A stretch of 64,000 bases of DNA, from the IMG/VR virus record IMGVR_UViG_3300050821_003843, positions 8,918 through 72,917 of that record, one strand, 5' to 3'. Shown piece by piece: positions 27,023 to 37,150 of the stretch. The position numbers and the translations under genes were made by a program. Origin of the DNA: a virus. Position 1 is the stretch's first letter. Every line of letters begins with the position of its first letter. The notes under the pieces were generated by a model. It saw nothing but the letters and a program-made list of their open reading frames with translations, did not search any database and was not told the origin of the DNA.

Positions 27023-27640
27023 ATGAGAGAAATTGTTCGGATTCTCGTTGACATGGACGGTCTGTTGACGAATTTTGATGACGCGGCGTGCCTCGCACAT
27101 GGCTTTCCGATCCAAATGTTACACGATTACAGGCAGCCGGGTGAATGGTCGCTCATCCCTATTTTCGCTCGAATGCGGGGCGAAATCATGAGTGTGGAGG
27201 AATTTTGGAGGGTGATTGGCGAACATGGTGAACTATTTTGGACCTCGTTGGCGCAAACCGAATGGATGGACCCATTGCTCCAATTGGTTAAAGAATTCAA
27301 CGGTAGTGATTGGCATGTGGTAACAGCCCCAAGCCATTGCCCCACGTCGTATAGTGGAAAGGTGAAGTGGTTGAAGTCACGACTTGGCAAGGAATTTGAT
27401 CGGGTACTGGCAACCCCGCACAAGGAAATTTTAGCCATGCCGGGTGTTATACTGATTGATGACAACGAACAAAACATACAACGGTTTAAACTGGCCGGTG
27501 GTAGTGGGATCTTGTTCCCAATAATGGGGAACTGTCTACATCACTTGGCAAATAATCCAGTGGCTTACGTGCGTGAACAGATAGAAGAAAGGCTGTATAA
27601 GGATGAATCTGAAAGTAGGGCAGATAGTCACGTGGCTTGA
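27023..27640 (+). CDS. 5'(3')-deoxyribonucleotidase (HAD, NT5C-like)
   Basis: VDMDGLL.NF, VTAP, GK..WL, K..LA, LIDD...N...F. Confidence 0.85.
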   Translation: MREIVRILVDMDGLLTNFDDAACLAHGFPIQMLHDYRQPGEWSLIPIFARMRGEIMSVEEFWRVIGEHGELFWTSLAQTEWMDPLLQLVKEFNGSDWHVVTAPSHCPTSYSGKVKWLKSRLGKEFDRVLATPHKEILAMPGVILIDDNEQNIQRFKLAGGSGILFPIMGNCLHHLANNPVAYVREQIEERLYKDESESRADSHVA

Positions 27641-27818
27641 ACCAATTCGCACACAGATTGAAAACCGTGGGAATATGTTGGGACCACGGATGATAGATCA
27701 GGAATTACACCACAGTGGTGAAGTGATTTCGATTGAGGGTGATTCGTGTACGGTACGCGATTCATGGGGTTTGATTTGGCAACTGAAAATTGAAAAGGAC
27801 AAGTTGACATGCATCTAA
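27603..27818 (+). CDS. Small SH3-like hypothetical protein
   Basis: LKVGQIV..GEVISI pattern. Confidence 0.45.
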   Translation: MNLKVGQIVTWLEPIRTQIENRGNMLGPRMIDQELHHSGEVISIEGDSCTVRDSWGLIWQLKIEKDKLTCI

Positions 27819-28945
27819 AGTATCCAAACGTAAATGACGCATTCCACGAATTGGTCTACGGAATTCATAATGGACACATTCCAACCGTGTCATCACCTAG
27901 TAGAGTTGGTGACGTGTTACAAATCCAAGAACCTGTGATTGTCACATATGAAAAGCCGCTAGAGAGGGTGCTGTTCAACCCTGCACGCGATGTTAATCCA
28001 TTCCTGAACTTGTATGAAACACTTTGGATGTTGGCTGGCCGTAATGACATTGCACCATTGGAATATTACTCTAAGAACTATGGTCAGTTCGTGGATGATG
28101 GTGATGGAATGCAGAATGCAGCATATGGATATAGGTGGAGACATGCATTACATAAAGAAATGGGAGATCCATGTAGTAAGTGTGGTGAGAGCGTTCCTTG
28201 TCACTGCGACGCACCATATTGTGTAGATCAACTCAAAGTTATTATCGACCATTTACGAAAGATACCAACGTCAAGACGTGTCGTGCTCCAAATGTGGAAC
28301 GTAGAAGATGACTTACTCAAGATTGAAACAACAAAAGATGTTGCGTGCAATCTATGTGCGTTGTTCTCGTTGAGACAAGCTAGTCGAAAAGAAATAGAAG
28401 AAGAGGCACATAACGGCTACTATCTCGATATGACGGTCTACAATCGCTCGAATGACTTGACTCTTGGACTTTTGGGGGCGAACGTTGTTCACTTCTCATT
28501 TCTACAAGAATACATGGCGAATTGCTTAGGCGTTCAGGTGGGGGTGTATAATCAAGTGAGTAACAATCTCCATTGTTACACATCACGTTGGGAACCAGAT
28601 AAGTGGTTAGCAGAAGGTGTGTGTGATGAGTACAGAAACCAACAGTGGAATCATGTACCGTTAGTTAAGGACCAACAGACGTTTGATAGTGAGTGTCGTA
28701 ATTTTGTGGCTATGAACTTTTGCGGTGGTGTAATCCACGATAACCGTTGGGAAGAACCATTTTTGCGAACCGTGGCGCAACCGATGATGAATGCCTTCCA
28801 TTATCACAAACATCGCAAATACTGGGAAGCGTTGAATCACGGTGTTGCGAACATTGCTGACGGCGCTTGGCAATTGTGCGCATACAGATGGATTGAGAAA
28901 CGACGACTGGCTTGGGAAGCGAAAAAGGAGACGAATGATGAGTAG
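27809..28945 (+). CDS. Thymidylate synthase family dUMP hydroxymethylase
   Basis: NPF....E..W.LAG.ND, AYG.RW, DQL, SRR.V..MW, catalytic ACN, RSND...G..N, S.NLH.Y; near the hmdU kinase and transferase genes. Confidence 0.85.
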   Translation: MHLKYPNVNDAFHELVYGIHNGHIPTVSSPSRVGDVLQIQEPVIVTYEKPLERVLFNPARDVNPFLNLYETLWMLAGRNDIAPLEYYSKNYGQFVDDGDGMQNAAYGYRWRHALHKEMGDPCSKCGESVPCHCDAPYCVDQLKVIIDHLRKIPTSRRVVLQMWNVEDDLLKIETTKDVACNLCALFSLRQASRKEIEEEAHNGYYLDMTVYNRSNDLTLGLLGANVVHFSFLQEYMANCLGVQVGVYNQVSNNLHCYTSRWEPDKWLAEGVCDEYRNQQWNHVPLVKDQQTFDSECRNFVAMNFCGGVIHDNRWEEPFLRTVAQPMMNAFHYHKHRKYWEALNHGVANIADGAWQLCAYRWIEKRRLAWEAKKETNDE

Positions 28946-29180
28946 AGAAGTGTTACGCATGGCAACGATGGTGGCGAATCAACGATTGAACTGTATCAAA
29001 CGAGTCAAGGAGTTAAACAATCAACTCGGGTTGTTGCCATCAATGAAGCCAGAAGAGGTTGACAAGTCATTGAGGGAACTTGGATTACAGATCCTGAACC
29101 TCGATAATCTCCAGTCAGAATACCAGTCAATGAAACTACAAGCGGAGAACAGTGGTGATCTACCAGCCAATACGCACTAA
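28935..29180 (+). CDS. Hypothetical coiled-coil protein
   Basis: AAGGAG RBS. Confidence 0.5.
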   Translation: MMSREVLRMATMVANQRLNCIKRVKELNNQLGLLPSMKPEEVDKSLRELGLQILNLDNLQSEYQSMKLQAENSGDLPANTH

Positions 29181-29719
29181 GACAGATTTTGTACGGAGGT
29201 ATTCCTAGCGGAGAATTTGGCAATAGGTCTCCCACATGGAACGGCTGGCTTGATTGGAATAAAGATCATCTAGGTTCTGATAAGTTTGAATTGTTTCACA
29301 TTCGAAATCGTGTTGCAGGTGCAATGACTTGGTATGACGTGCCCAAATTCAAAATGGCTGATACGTGGGATATCGCTTGTCAACACTTTAGCGTGGAACA
29401 GTTGTACATATCTGCTATGTGCCCTACTGAGTTGACACAAATCCAAGGTGAGGTAATGAGAACAGCCAAAGGACTGTATCTCTATTACTCAACCGTAAAG
29501 AAGCCGATGCGTCAATCATTGTTGGAAGGGGGTCAAGAAGCACTAGGACTATTTGCAGTTTCTTTACTACAATACTACATGGATCAAAACAGTTGGGAAT
29601 GGTTGAATCACTTACTCGATAGTTATGAAGATCATGTCGTAGAGTTTACAACGCTCTCCAAACGGTGGGGCGCAGTCGAAGGATATAACACACTATTTTG
29701 GGAGGTTAGAAAGTTCTAA
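29152..29719 (+). CDS. Hypothetical protein, probably assembled by a +1 frameshift at 29203-29209
   Basis: GGAG-RBS/GTG ORF (..KTDFVRRYS-stop) joins the +1 frame (SGEFGNRSPTW..WEVR). Confidence 0.55.
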
Positions 29720-30441
29720 TGGATATTAAACAGTACGAAGAAGCCAGCATGCGCACGATGGCAGACCAGAATGTGATTCGTCTACGTAATTTTGAAGGCG
29801 TAGATAAAAAAGGTAATCCACAATTTGGCGGAAAAAATAGTAGTACAGTTCTGACACAACTCGACAACGCTGCTAGAGGCATGGCTGGTGATGTGGGTGA
29901 GGTCAATACGTGTGTACAACAAGCATTGGAGTATGGTAAACTACTAGACTTGGTGAATTTGAAGGAAGAACTAGGTGATGTGTTATGGCGAATCGTACAA
30001 GCATGTAACGCCGTGGGGTTCACGTTGGAGGAAGTGATGCAAGCGAACATTTCAAAGCTGGCTATAAGATACCCCGACAAGTACACGGACCACTTAGCAG
30101 ATGAGGCAAATCGAAATCGTGAAGCAGAACGACAAGCAATCACGGTTCCACAACTAGGCGAACCTTATCCAGTTGGTCATACGAATGACGGTGGAGTGAT
30201 TGTAGAACCAATGTCACCAACCAGAACAGTAATGTCTCAAACTGGACAAGGTTGGGCAGAACCAAAAGAACAACGTGATACGGGACCGGGTCGATTGGAT
30301 CAAGAACTAGAATACCCAGTTTCCAATGCATTTGTGTCTGCTGCTGATGCCCCTGTTCGTAGATGTCGAAAGTGCGGGTTGAAGATCCATCGTAATCAAC
30401 CAAGTGATATCTGTTCAAGTTGCTTCAAACCTACAACGTGA
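29719..30441 (+). CDS. MazG-like dNTP pyrophosphatase with C-terminal Zn ribbon
   Basis: GE.....KEELGD.LW, N..KL..RYP, CRKC..CSSC. Confidence 0.8.
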   Translation: MDIKQYEEASMRTMADQNVIRLRNFEGVDKKGNPQFGGKNSSTVLTQLDNAARGMAGDVGEVNTCVQQALEYGKLLDLVNLKEELGDVLWRIVQACNAVGFTLEEVMQANISKLAIRYPDKYTDHLADEANRNREAERQAITVPQLGEPYPVGHTNDGGVIVEPMSPTRTVMSQTGQGWAEPKEQRDTGPGRLDQELEYPVSNAFVSAADAPVRRCRKCGLKIHRNQPSDICSSCFKPTT

Positions 30442-30481
30442 GGATAGTTGATGACTTATCAAGTATTAGTTAGGATGAGTA

Positions 30482-32761
30482 ATGCCTAAAGCGATTGAAC
30501 GTGACACACTTCCAGCGGGGTTGAAGCCCTTTCGGTTCCACGGTCTTGATTTGAGTTATAAGGATGGTGATAAAAATGCAACGTGTCTGTGCCCATTTTG
30601 TGGTAAGGAAGGGAAGTTCACAATCCTTGCTGAGACGAGTCAATGGAGGTGTTTCAGTTGTAATGAGGGATTTGAGAAGAAGGACAACAATGGCCATGCG
30701 AAGTCGATCAAGGGTGGTAATGCTACGGAATTTCTACGTCTGTTGTGGAAATACTGTGATGCAGAACCTTGTGACTACACCGAATTGGTAAAGGATCGCA
30801 CATTACTCAGCCCAGTGATGTTGGTGCGTTGGGAGGTAGTCAAGTCATTTCTAACGGGTGAGTGGCTGATGCCCGCGTATAACATCAAGGGAGAACTGAT
30901 CCAACTCTATCGTTACGTGAATTGTAAAAACCCCAAAACAGGTGAGTGGAAACGTAAGTTGATTCCCACACCCGAAGTGGGTGGTCATGGATTATTCGGG
31001 ATGAGTGGATTCGACAGTAAGCGACCGATCATTGATGTGTTCGAATCATGGAACGGTGTGGTCTATGAGGAAGTGATTAGTCAGATTGGTATGAATGCTG
31101 AGACTGAGAAGTGGGAGGAGGTTGGTAAGTTCAAGGATTCGTTGGGGGCTGAACGAAATGTGATTGGCTTACCCGGTTGCGCTACGTTCGATTCGAAGTG
31201 GATGCCATTGTTTAAAGATCGTGTGGTCAACTTTTGGTTCGATAACGATCATCCCCAAGTGAATGAGCGAAATGGGCAATCAACAACGGGGGCGGGCTGG
31301 CTGTATTCGTGTCGTAATTCCAGCACACTTTTGAAGGTGGCGAAATCGGTACAGGTGTTAAAGTGGGGTGAGCAAGGTTTCGACCCCGAATTGACTTCGG
31401 GTTACGACGTTAGGGACGCTCTGAAGGCCCATAAATCGCTTTTGGGGCGTTCGGCGGCATTATTTGACCTAAAGGTCAAGTTACAAACCGTGGCCGCTAA
31501 CGAGGTCGTATCGAGCGCAAATTCGGCAGCGGGGGATGTGAATACCAAGCTACGACCGAAAACGTGTACCGACTTCAAAACACTGGTCAATTCGTGGAAG
31601 AAGCCGATGCGCTGGCGACAGGAGATGGAGGACGCTTTAGCGATCTGTCTAGCGGTGGGTTTGTCAACGGAACAGGTAGGGGACCAGTTGTTTCTGATGC
31701 TGATCGCTGACGCCGGGAGTGGAAAAACTTGTTTCTGTGATGCGTTACTTGTGGCGGAAAATAGTTACCCGGTTGAGAACGTGACAGGCTTGTATTCTGG
31801 CTGGCAGGGTGGTGGCTTCAGCCCATTGGAACGTATGAATCGTAAAATGTGGATTACAGCAGAGGGGGACACGGTTGTACAACATCCCGCATTTCCTCAA
31901 TTCATGTCACAAATTCGACGCGCATTCGATGGAAAGGGCCATGCCACATTCAAGAACTCGAAAGAGGATCAGTTATTCGATGGTCTTAGATTTACGTGGT
32001 TGCTGGCTGGTACACCAACAATGATTGACCTGATGAACAATCAAGCCTCATTGGGAGACCGGTTCCTCAAATTCTTTATCGGACAACCGGACGACGATGA
32101 GCGTCGACAGATACTCATGAGATCGGCTTACTCAGCAAAGCGGGCAGTACAAATCAAGTCGGGTGATGATGCAGAACATCAACTCGATCCAGCGTTGTGC
32201 GAGGCGTACCAGTTGACGGGAGGTTATCTCAATTGGCTTAGATCAAATACTGATCTACTCGCCAAAGTTGAAATGGATGATGAGCGATTGATGCAATGCG
32301 CTGACTTGGGAGAGTTCACGGCTTGCTTACGCGCTCGACCGGGTAAGACGAAAACCGATGAAGCCCACGATGCGAAGGAAATGCCCACACGTCTAACAAA
32401 ACAATTTGTACGGGTGGCGATGTGCCTTGCTGTGGTGTGCAATCGAGGGTCAGTCGATCAGCATATAATGGACCTAGTGCGAAAGTTGACACTCGATACG
32501 TCAATGGGGGTCACACTACAGATCGTGAAGCAACTCTATGCAAAAGGGAATGAGGGGTTGTCATACGGGGCACTGGCGCAACTGGTGAGTATGACGAATG
32601 ACAAAGTCAAATCCATGTTACGGTTTTTACACAAACTGAAAATCGTGGCATGGTACGAACCGATTGATGAGGAAACACAAAAGAAGTTACCTCACAAATG
32701 GCGAGTGACGAAACACATGGCGGAACTTTACAAATCTGTGATTGTTGATTGGGGACAATAA
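30482..32761 (+). CDS. Primase-helicase (Zn finger, TOPRIM-like, AAA+ P-loop)
   Basis: CPFC..CFSC, FDND, G.D.RD, ADAGSGKT, LGDRF. Confidence 0.75.
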   Translation: MPKAIERDTLPAGLKPFRFHGLDLSYKDGDKNATCLCPFCGKEGKFTILAETSQWRCFSCNEGFEKKDNNGHAKSIKGGNATEFLRLLWKYCDAEPCDYTELVKDRTLLSPVMLVRWEVVKSFLTGEWLMPAYNIKGELIQLYRYVNCKNPKTGEWKRKLIPTPEVGGHGLFGMSGFDSKRPIIDVFESWNGVVYEEVISQIGMNAETEKWEEVGKFKDSLGAERNVIGLPGCATFDSKWMPLFKDRVVNFWFDNDHPQVNERNGQSTTGAGWLYSCRNSSTLLKVAKSVQVLKWGEQGFDPELTSGYDVRDALKAHKSLLGRSAALFDLKVKLQTVAANEVVSSANSAAGDVNTKLRPKTCTDFKTLVNSWKKPMRWRQEMEDALAICLAVGLSTEQVGDQLFLMLIADAGSGKTCFCDALLVAENSYPVENVTGLYSGWQGGGFSPLERMNRKMWITAEGDTVVQHPAFPQFMSQIRRAFDGKGHATFKNSKEDQLFDGLRFTWLLAGTPTMIDLMNNQASLGDRFLKFFIGQPDDDERRQILMRSAYSAKRAVQIKSGDDAEHQLDPALCEAYQLTGGYLNWLRSNTDLLAKVEMDDERLMQCADLGEFTACLRARPGKTKTDEAHDAKEMPTRLTKQFVRVAMCLAVVCNRGSVDQHIMDLVRKLTLDTSMGVTLQIVKQLYAKGNEGLSYGALAQLVSMTNDKVKSMLRFLHKLKIVAWYEPIDEETQKKLPHKWRVTKHMAELYKSVIVDWGQ

Positions 32762-32985
32762 TGCAATCTGTAGTAAACTCACTGAACGAAGAAGACGTAG
32801 TGGTGGACATTAGGCTCATCGCACAGTCGGAAGAGGAAGCTGATCTGTTGCATGAGTTCCATCGGCTGTTTAGCACGCTGGATGAGAATAAGACGCTGTT
32901 GGTCAACGTATGTGATGGTGTGGTGTCATTTGTAGATTATGCGGATGTCGAGTTTGACAACGGAGGCGATGATGCCTCTACCTGA
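32761..32985 (+). CDS. Hypothetical acidic protein
   Basis: Start overlaps the primase stop. Confidence 0.45.
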   Translation: MQSVVNSLNEEDVVVDIRLIAQSEEEADLLHEFHRLFSTLDENKTLLVNVCDGVVSFVDYADVEFDNGGDDAST

Positions 32986-33178
32986 CCTGACACCGAAAGA
33001 CAGTGACCCATTTCCATTTGGTCAGTACAAGAGCAAGCGTTACGATCAAGTACCAGCCCAGTATCTTGATTACCTGTTGGGTATGGAATGGATTGATTCG
33101 TGGCCTAGGGTCAAGATGTATATCAAAAAGAACAAGTCAGTGATTGATACTGAACTGAAGGAACAAGAAGATGAGTGA
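32969..33178 (+). CDS. DUF3820-like small protein
   Basis: FPFG.YK......VP..YL.Y motif; GGAGG RBS. Confidence 0.65.
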   Translation: MMPLPDLTPKDSDPFPFGQYKSKRYDQVPAQYLDYLLGMEWIDSWPRVKMYIKKNKSVIDTELKEQEDE

Positions 33179-33353
33179 AGGCGGTAAGAACAATGACATT
33201 CCAGCAACTGAGATTGTTACGAATCCAAAAGAGGCAATTGATCTGTTGAGATGAATGCTCGAAAGTCGTAATGCAAGTCGACGCGCAGTCGAGCGGGCGA
33301 TTGATGTATTGGATGACTACATCAAATCTGATAAAGTTGTTTGGAGAGAATAA
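33171..33353 (+). pseudogene. Small ORF split by an in-frame TGA (33252)
   Basis: MSEGG..IDLLR-TGA-MLESR..WRE in one frame; GAAGGAACAAG leader. Confidence 0.35.
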
Positions 33354-33574
33354 TGGTTGGAGCCAGACCGAAACTGTTGTGGGAAGTGGATCTACACAAA
33401 CGAATCATAGCTGCGTTGAAGTTAGGACCGTTGAGTGTGATGCAACTGGTGAAGCGTGTAGGGATGACCTATTCAACGATTCAAAGGATATTGGCGAGTC
33501 ATCCGGATCAGTTTGAAATCAAGGTCGAAAGAACGGCCGGTAGGGAAGGGGCGAAATGGGGATTAAAGAATTAG
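33353..33574 (+). CDS. Winged-helix HTH protein
   Basis: II.AL..GPLSV.QL...VG..YSTI.R.L. Confidence 0.6.
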   Translation: MVGARPKLLWEVDLHKRIIAALKLGPLSVMQLVKRVGMTYSTIQRILASHPDQFEIKVERTAGREGAKWGLKN

Positions 33575-33714
33575 GATTCTCTAATACAATACAAGATAAC
33601 CCTATGGGTTATAGGGGGGTGGGATTATCGCGCCTTCTGTATAATGTATGTTTGCATCCCTGTATAGGATGGTTTCATTTTTATTTTCACATTTTTTGAA
33701 AGTGACGTGTTTTT

Positions 33715-33954
33715 ATGGGTAAACCAATTGTGAAGAAAGTGGTGAAAAAGGCATCCACACCGAAAAAGGTGAAAGAACCTGTAATGGAGGTTGGCTCACT
33801 CGTGCGGGTGGTGACGGTGTATCGAGTCAAGCGTATGCCATCTCACGCTAACGGAGAACACTTGGCAACACTGATCGCTGTTGAGGATCAAAGGTTGGAT
33901 CGTGTGATCCACTTTCGTCGTGAAGAATTAGAACTTGTAAAGGTTGACGAATGA
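33715..33954 (+). CDS. Hypothetical protein, Lys-rich N-terminus
   Basis: GAAAGTGAC leader; first gene after an intergenic gap. Confidence 0.5.
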   Translation: MGKPIVKKVVKKASTPKKVKEPVMEVGSLVRVVTVYRVKRMPSHANGEHLATLIAVEDQRLDRVIHFRREELELVKVDE

Positions 33955-34361
33955 CACCAGAACAGACAAAAACCTACTTGGAATGGATTGATCGTAATCG
34001 TCATGTGATGGAAGGACATGTTGCGGGTAAAAAAGTAATACCGATACAGAAATCAAATGTAGGACTAAGATTTAATCCACATCCTGACTGCCCACAATGG
34101 AGTACATTGTGTGATTACAAAATAGAAGAATCACAACTACGGCCATTCGAGTATGATGAACTCCATAAATATGTTGGTTCATGTGTACTGAAGAATGATG
34201 GTACGCTGGAAAGGTATTTGATTCGTCATACGTTTACCACCGTATGTGACTCACCGGGAGGGTATGGGGTGGCATTAGAACGGAATGGTCTTACTTCCTC
34301 ATTGGAATTACTTGCTGACTATTGTTTCGTGGATGGATCACCTTGTGGAGTAGTGGGATGA
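33951..34361 (+). CDS. Hypothetical protein
   Basis: RPF...E..F.DGSPCG C-terminal pattern. Confidence 0.55.
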   Translation: MTPEQTKTYLEWIDRNRHVMEGHVAGKKVIPIQKSNVGLRFNPHPDCPQWSTLCDYKIEESQLRPFEYDELHKYVGSCVLKNDGTLERYLIRHTFTTVCDSPGGYGVALERNGLTSSLELLADYCFVDGSPCGVVG

Positions 34362-34525
34362 ACTACAGAACTCGACGTATGTTAGATGATACACTGGAGG
34401 GAATTAAGATGGTTGGATTTGGTGTATTGATCGCTAACATGTCCTGTCTTGTGTTAGGGCTTCTGTTCTTAGAGGTGTGGGGTATCTCTATCTTGTGGAA
34501 TTGGTTTGTTGGGAGTAGTCAATGA
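34358..34525 (+). CDS. Small membrane protein
   Basis: Hydrophobic segment; GGAG RBS. Confidence 0.45.
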   Translation: MNYRTRRMLDDTLEGIKMVGFGVLIANMSCLVLGLLFLEVWGISILWNWFVGSSQ

Positions 34526-34782
34526 TGAAACTAAAATCAATCGAGGAAGAATGGAATGATTTTACGTCTAAGGTGTTTGATGGTACGCAGTCTGAGATTC
34601 AGGTTGTGGAAATGAAACGTGCATTCTTCGCTGGCGCAACAGCGTTGATGTGTAATGTGATAGATATTGGTGAAGATGATTCAATGTCTGAAGAGGATAG
34701 TGTCAAGTATCTTGAGAGTGTGAATAATGAATTGGGAAAGTTTTGGAACGTTATTTCTGATGGAATTAGAGAGGGTGTGTGA
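34522..34782 (+). CDS. Hypothetical protein
   Basis: Q..EM.RAFFAGA motif. Confidence 0.55.
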   Translation: MMKLKSIEEEWNDFTSKVFDGTQSEIQVVEMKRAFFAGATALMCNVIDIGEDDSMSEEDSVKYLESVNNELGKFWNVISDGIREGV

Positions 34783-35030
34783 TGCTGAAAAAAGAAGAGA
34801 TTTCTGACCCGAATAGTTGTCTGAATCGGGCACTTGACGAAGAGGGTGTGTTTACATTATTAGAACGAGATAAGGCAGCACCTGATACGATCCGTTACTG
34901 GTGTCGTAAAAGGATTGAATTAGGAGAATCAACCTCTGAAAGTCCTGAGATTAAAAGCGCTCTACGTGATGCAGCACAAATGGAAAGTAGCCGTGACCTG
35001 ATTCGACAGAAGTTAGGGAAGATGTCTTAG
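34782..35030 (+). CDS. Hypothetical protein
   Basis: SCL..A..DE..F.L..RD..AP..I..W motif. Confidence 0.55.
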   Translation: MLKKEEISDPNSCLNRALDEEGVFTLLERDKAAPDTIRYWCRKRIELGESTSESPEIKSALRDAAQMESSRDLIRQKLGKMS

Positions 35031-35129
35031 AAAGGTTTTGAAACTTGAGAGGTATTTACAATGGGGTGATGTGGCGTTATGGTGTTCTGTTGTGTTGTTC
35101 CTATGATGATGTAAGAGAAGGCGTCTAAA

Positions 35130-35714
35130 GTGGGAAATAAAGAACTTGCTATTCGTCCATTAACTGCTAGACAGAAAGCATTTGTTAGAGAGTATGTGCT
35201 TCTGAATGATGGAACGAAAGCAGCGATTAAAGCAGGGTACTCTAAAGGTCGTGCAAGTGATGAGGCTAGAGAGCTCTTACAACACCCTGCAATCAAGCGT
35301 GAACTCGGTAAAGCACGAGCACATCTAGCTAAACAGTATAAGTCTCAATTGGACTTGGCAATTGGCAGACTTGTGAGTTGTATCACTCGTGTGGGTAGTG
35401 ATTATGTGGATGAACAAGGGCGTCCCATACCTCTCCATCAACTCTCACAACGCGCTAATGAAGCAGTCGATGGGATTGAGGTAACTCAGTTTGAGGATAA
35501 GGCCGGTAACGTCCACACCAAGACCAAACTGAAGTTGATGCCTTTATCCTCAGGACTGGATATGGCATTCAAGATTCAAGGCAGTTATGCGCCTGACAAA
35601 CATCAAGTCGTGACAGCGAATGTGGACTTGAGTGATTTGTACGACAGACCTGAGAATGTGTTGGATGAGGATGTGATTGAACTCGAACCTGAAAGTGACA
35701 CACAAGATGAATGA
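35130..35714 (+). CDS. terS: Terminase small subunit
   Basis: LT.RQ..FV.EY....GT.AAI.AGYS...A...A..LL..P.I. Confidence 0.85.
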   Translation: MGNKELAIRPLTARQKAFVREYVLLNDGTKAAIKAGYSKGRASDEARELLQHPAIKRELGKARAHLAKQYKSQLDLAIGRLVSCITRVGSDYVDEQGRPIPLHQLSQRANEAVDGIEVTQFEDKAGNVHTKTKLKLMPLSSGLDMAFKIQGSYAPDKHQVVTANVDLSDLYDRPENVLDEDVIELEPESDTQDE

Positions 35715-36054
35715 CCTCATTGGGCTGCTACTATGTAGTATGCTGATTGTAGTCTCAATACTCGCGTTACAGGCTGCAAACAGGCGAGTCAGGTACTTTC
35801 GACTGTACACACAAGCAGACCCCGTACGCCTCATCGTGAACGCTGTAGGCGATGTGAGTTGTGAGGGTCTGCACTTTCACAATATGAAGCTACAGCAGAT
35901 TGATTGGGATCGTGTGTTAGATGAGAGTAATCCATTTATGATCCAACCCGGAATGGAACTGACTGCGAAATGGGTGAGTTGTCAAACGTTGATGGCGGTC
36001 AGCGTGATTAGAAATCACAGTATTCCAATGGTATTGTCGTTAGAAGAGTTTTAA
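35707..36054 (+). CDS. Membrane-anchored hypothetical protein
   Basis: GAAAGTGACACAC leader; N-terminal TM segment. Confidence 0.5.
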   Translation: MNDLIGLLLCSMLIVVSILALQAANRRVRYFRLYTQADPVRLIVNAVGDVSCEGLHFHNMKLQQIDWDRVLDESNPFMIQPGMELTAKWVSCQTLMAVSVIRNHSIPMVLSLEEF

Positions 36055-36067
36055 GAAAGTGACACAG

Positions 36068-36379
36068 ATGAGTAAGCAGCCACATAAACAAGACTATCCG
36101 GGTGAAAACTGTTGTGGAGATTGTGGTTCTCCACTGAGTGAAGTAGATGAAAATCCAGTACTCGATTATCCAATGGGTCCGGGCTGGTACTGGTATCAAC
36201 ACCCTGACACAGTAGAGGATAATGATAAGGGTCCACAAAAGGTTGACCCCACGATGATGGAAATTGTATGTCGTGGTACGGAATTCTTGGGTATGTGGCA
36301 AGGGAACCTAGTACCTCTAACGGCAATGACTGGTAAATGGCAGCGGGCTAAGTTGTCAGCGTTTCATGGGGGTGAGTGA
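36068..36379 (+). CDS. Hypothetical protein
   Basis: GAAAGTGACACAG-ATG leader; PGWYW motif. Confidence 0.5.
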   Translation: MSKQPHKQDYPGENCCGDCGSPLSEVDENPVLDYPMGPGWYWYQHPDTVEDNDKGPQKVDPTMMEIVCRGTEFLGMWQGNLVPLTAMTGKWQRAKLSAFHGGE

Positions 36380-36600
36380 TGAAGATAATTAGAAAAGGGA
36401 CACCACCTTCTGAGACTCTATGGGTCGGTACTTGTCAATCATGTAACTCTGAAGCAGAGGCTAATCAATCTGAGCTTAAGAACATAGAGCACGATCAGAG
36501 AGAGGGATATTCGTTTTGTTGGATGACATGCCCAGTGTGTGGCGCTGGAGGTATGTGTCAAGGAATGTTGTTTTACCCCAAAAAGTGTGATAATCCATGA
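36379..36600 (+). CDS. Zn-ribbon protein
   Basis: CQSC..CPVC. Confidence 0.55.
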   Translation: MKIIRKGTPPSETLWVGTCQSCNSEAEANQSELKNIEHDQREGYSFCWMTCPVCGAGGMCQGMLFYPKKCDNP

Positions 36601-36884
36601 GTTCTAAAATCCCACAAGCCCCTCCTTGTCGTCAATGTGGTAAAGTTCCTCATATGAGAATGGAACGTGGGTCATGGATGCCGTATGGTTGTAACTGTAC
36701 AGGCACGAATAGACCCGATTGTGATACATCTTATGAAGAGTATCCACAAATTGACTTCACACACAGTATCAACGAAGACAATGAGATTGAGTACGATCCA
36801 AATAGGCGTTTGACATTTGTTGACGGTCTCATAGCTGGCTTCTTGATTGGGTTTGTCGTTGGACTATTGGTGGTGATGAAATGA
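36597..36884 (+). CDS. Cys-rich protein with C-terminal TM segment
   Basis: CRQC..CNC; hydrophobic tail. Confidence 0.45.
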   Translation: MSSKIPQAPPCRQCGKVPHMRMERGSWMPYGCNCTGTNRPDCDTSYEEYPQIDFTHSINEDNEIEYDPNRRLTFVDGLIAGFLIGFVVGLLVVMK

Positions 36885-37150
36885 GTAAACGGACTGACCA
36901 CATTAACCATCTTGCCGACTTGCTCAGAGAAGACTTTAAGCGATGGGTAACAACACTACCACTTGAGTCAGTTAGGATTGTTCATGAGCGTTTAGAACGA
37001 ATGACAGATGAAGACACATTGGATGACGTGTACACAGAACTCCATCTGAAGATCACTGGCACGATTCCACAATTCATACAGACAGTGGATGCTGCGATTG
37101 CACAGTCTGAAGCCGCACAAAGTAGAACTGTTAAGGAACGACTAAATTGA
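36881..37150 (+). CDS. Hypothetical protein
   Basis: Packed ORF. Confidence 0.45.
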   Translation: MSKRTDHINHLADLLREDFKRWVTTLPLESVRIVHERLERMTDEDTLDDVYTELHLKITGTIPQFIQTVDAAIAQSEAAQSRTVKERLN

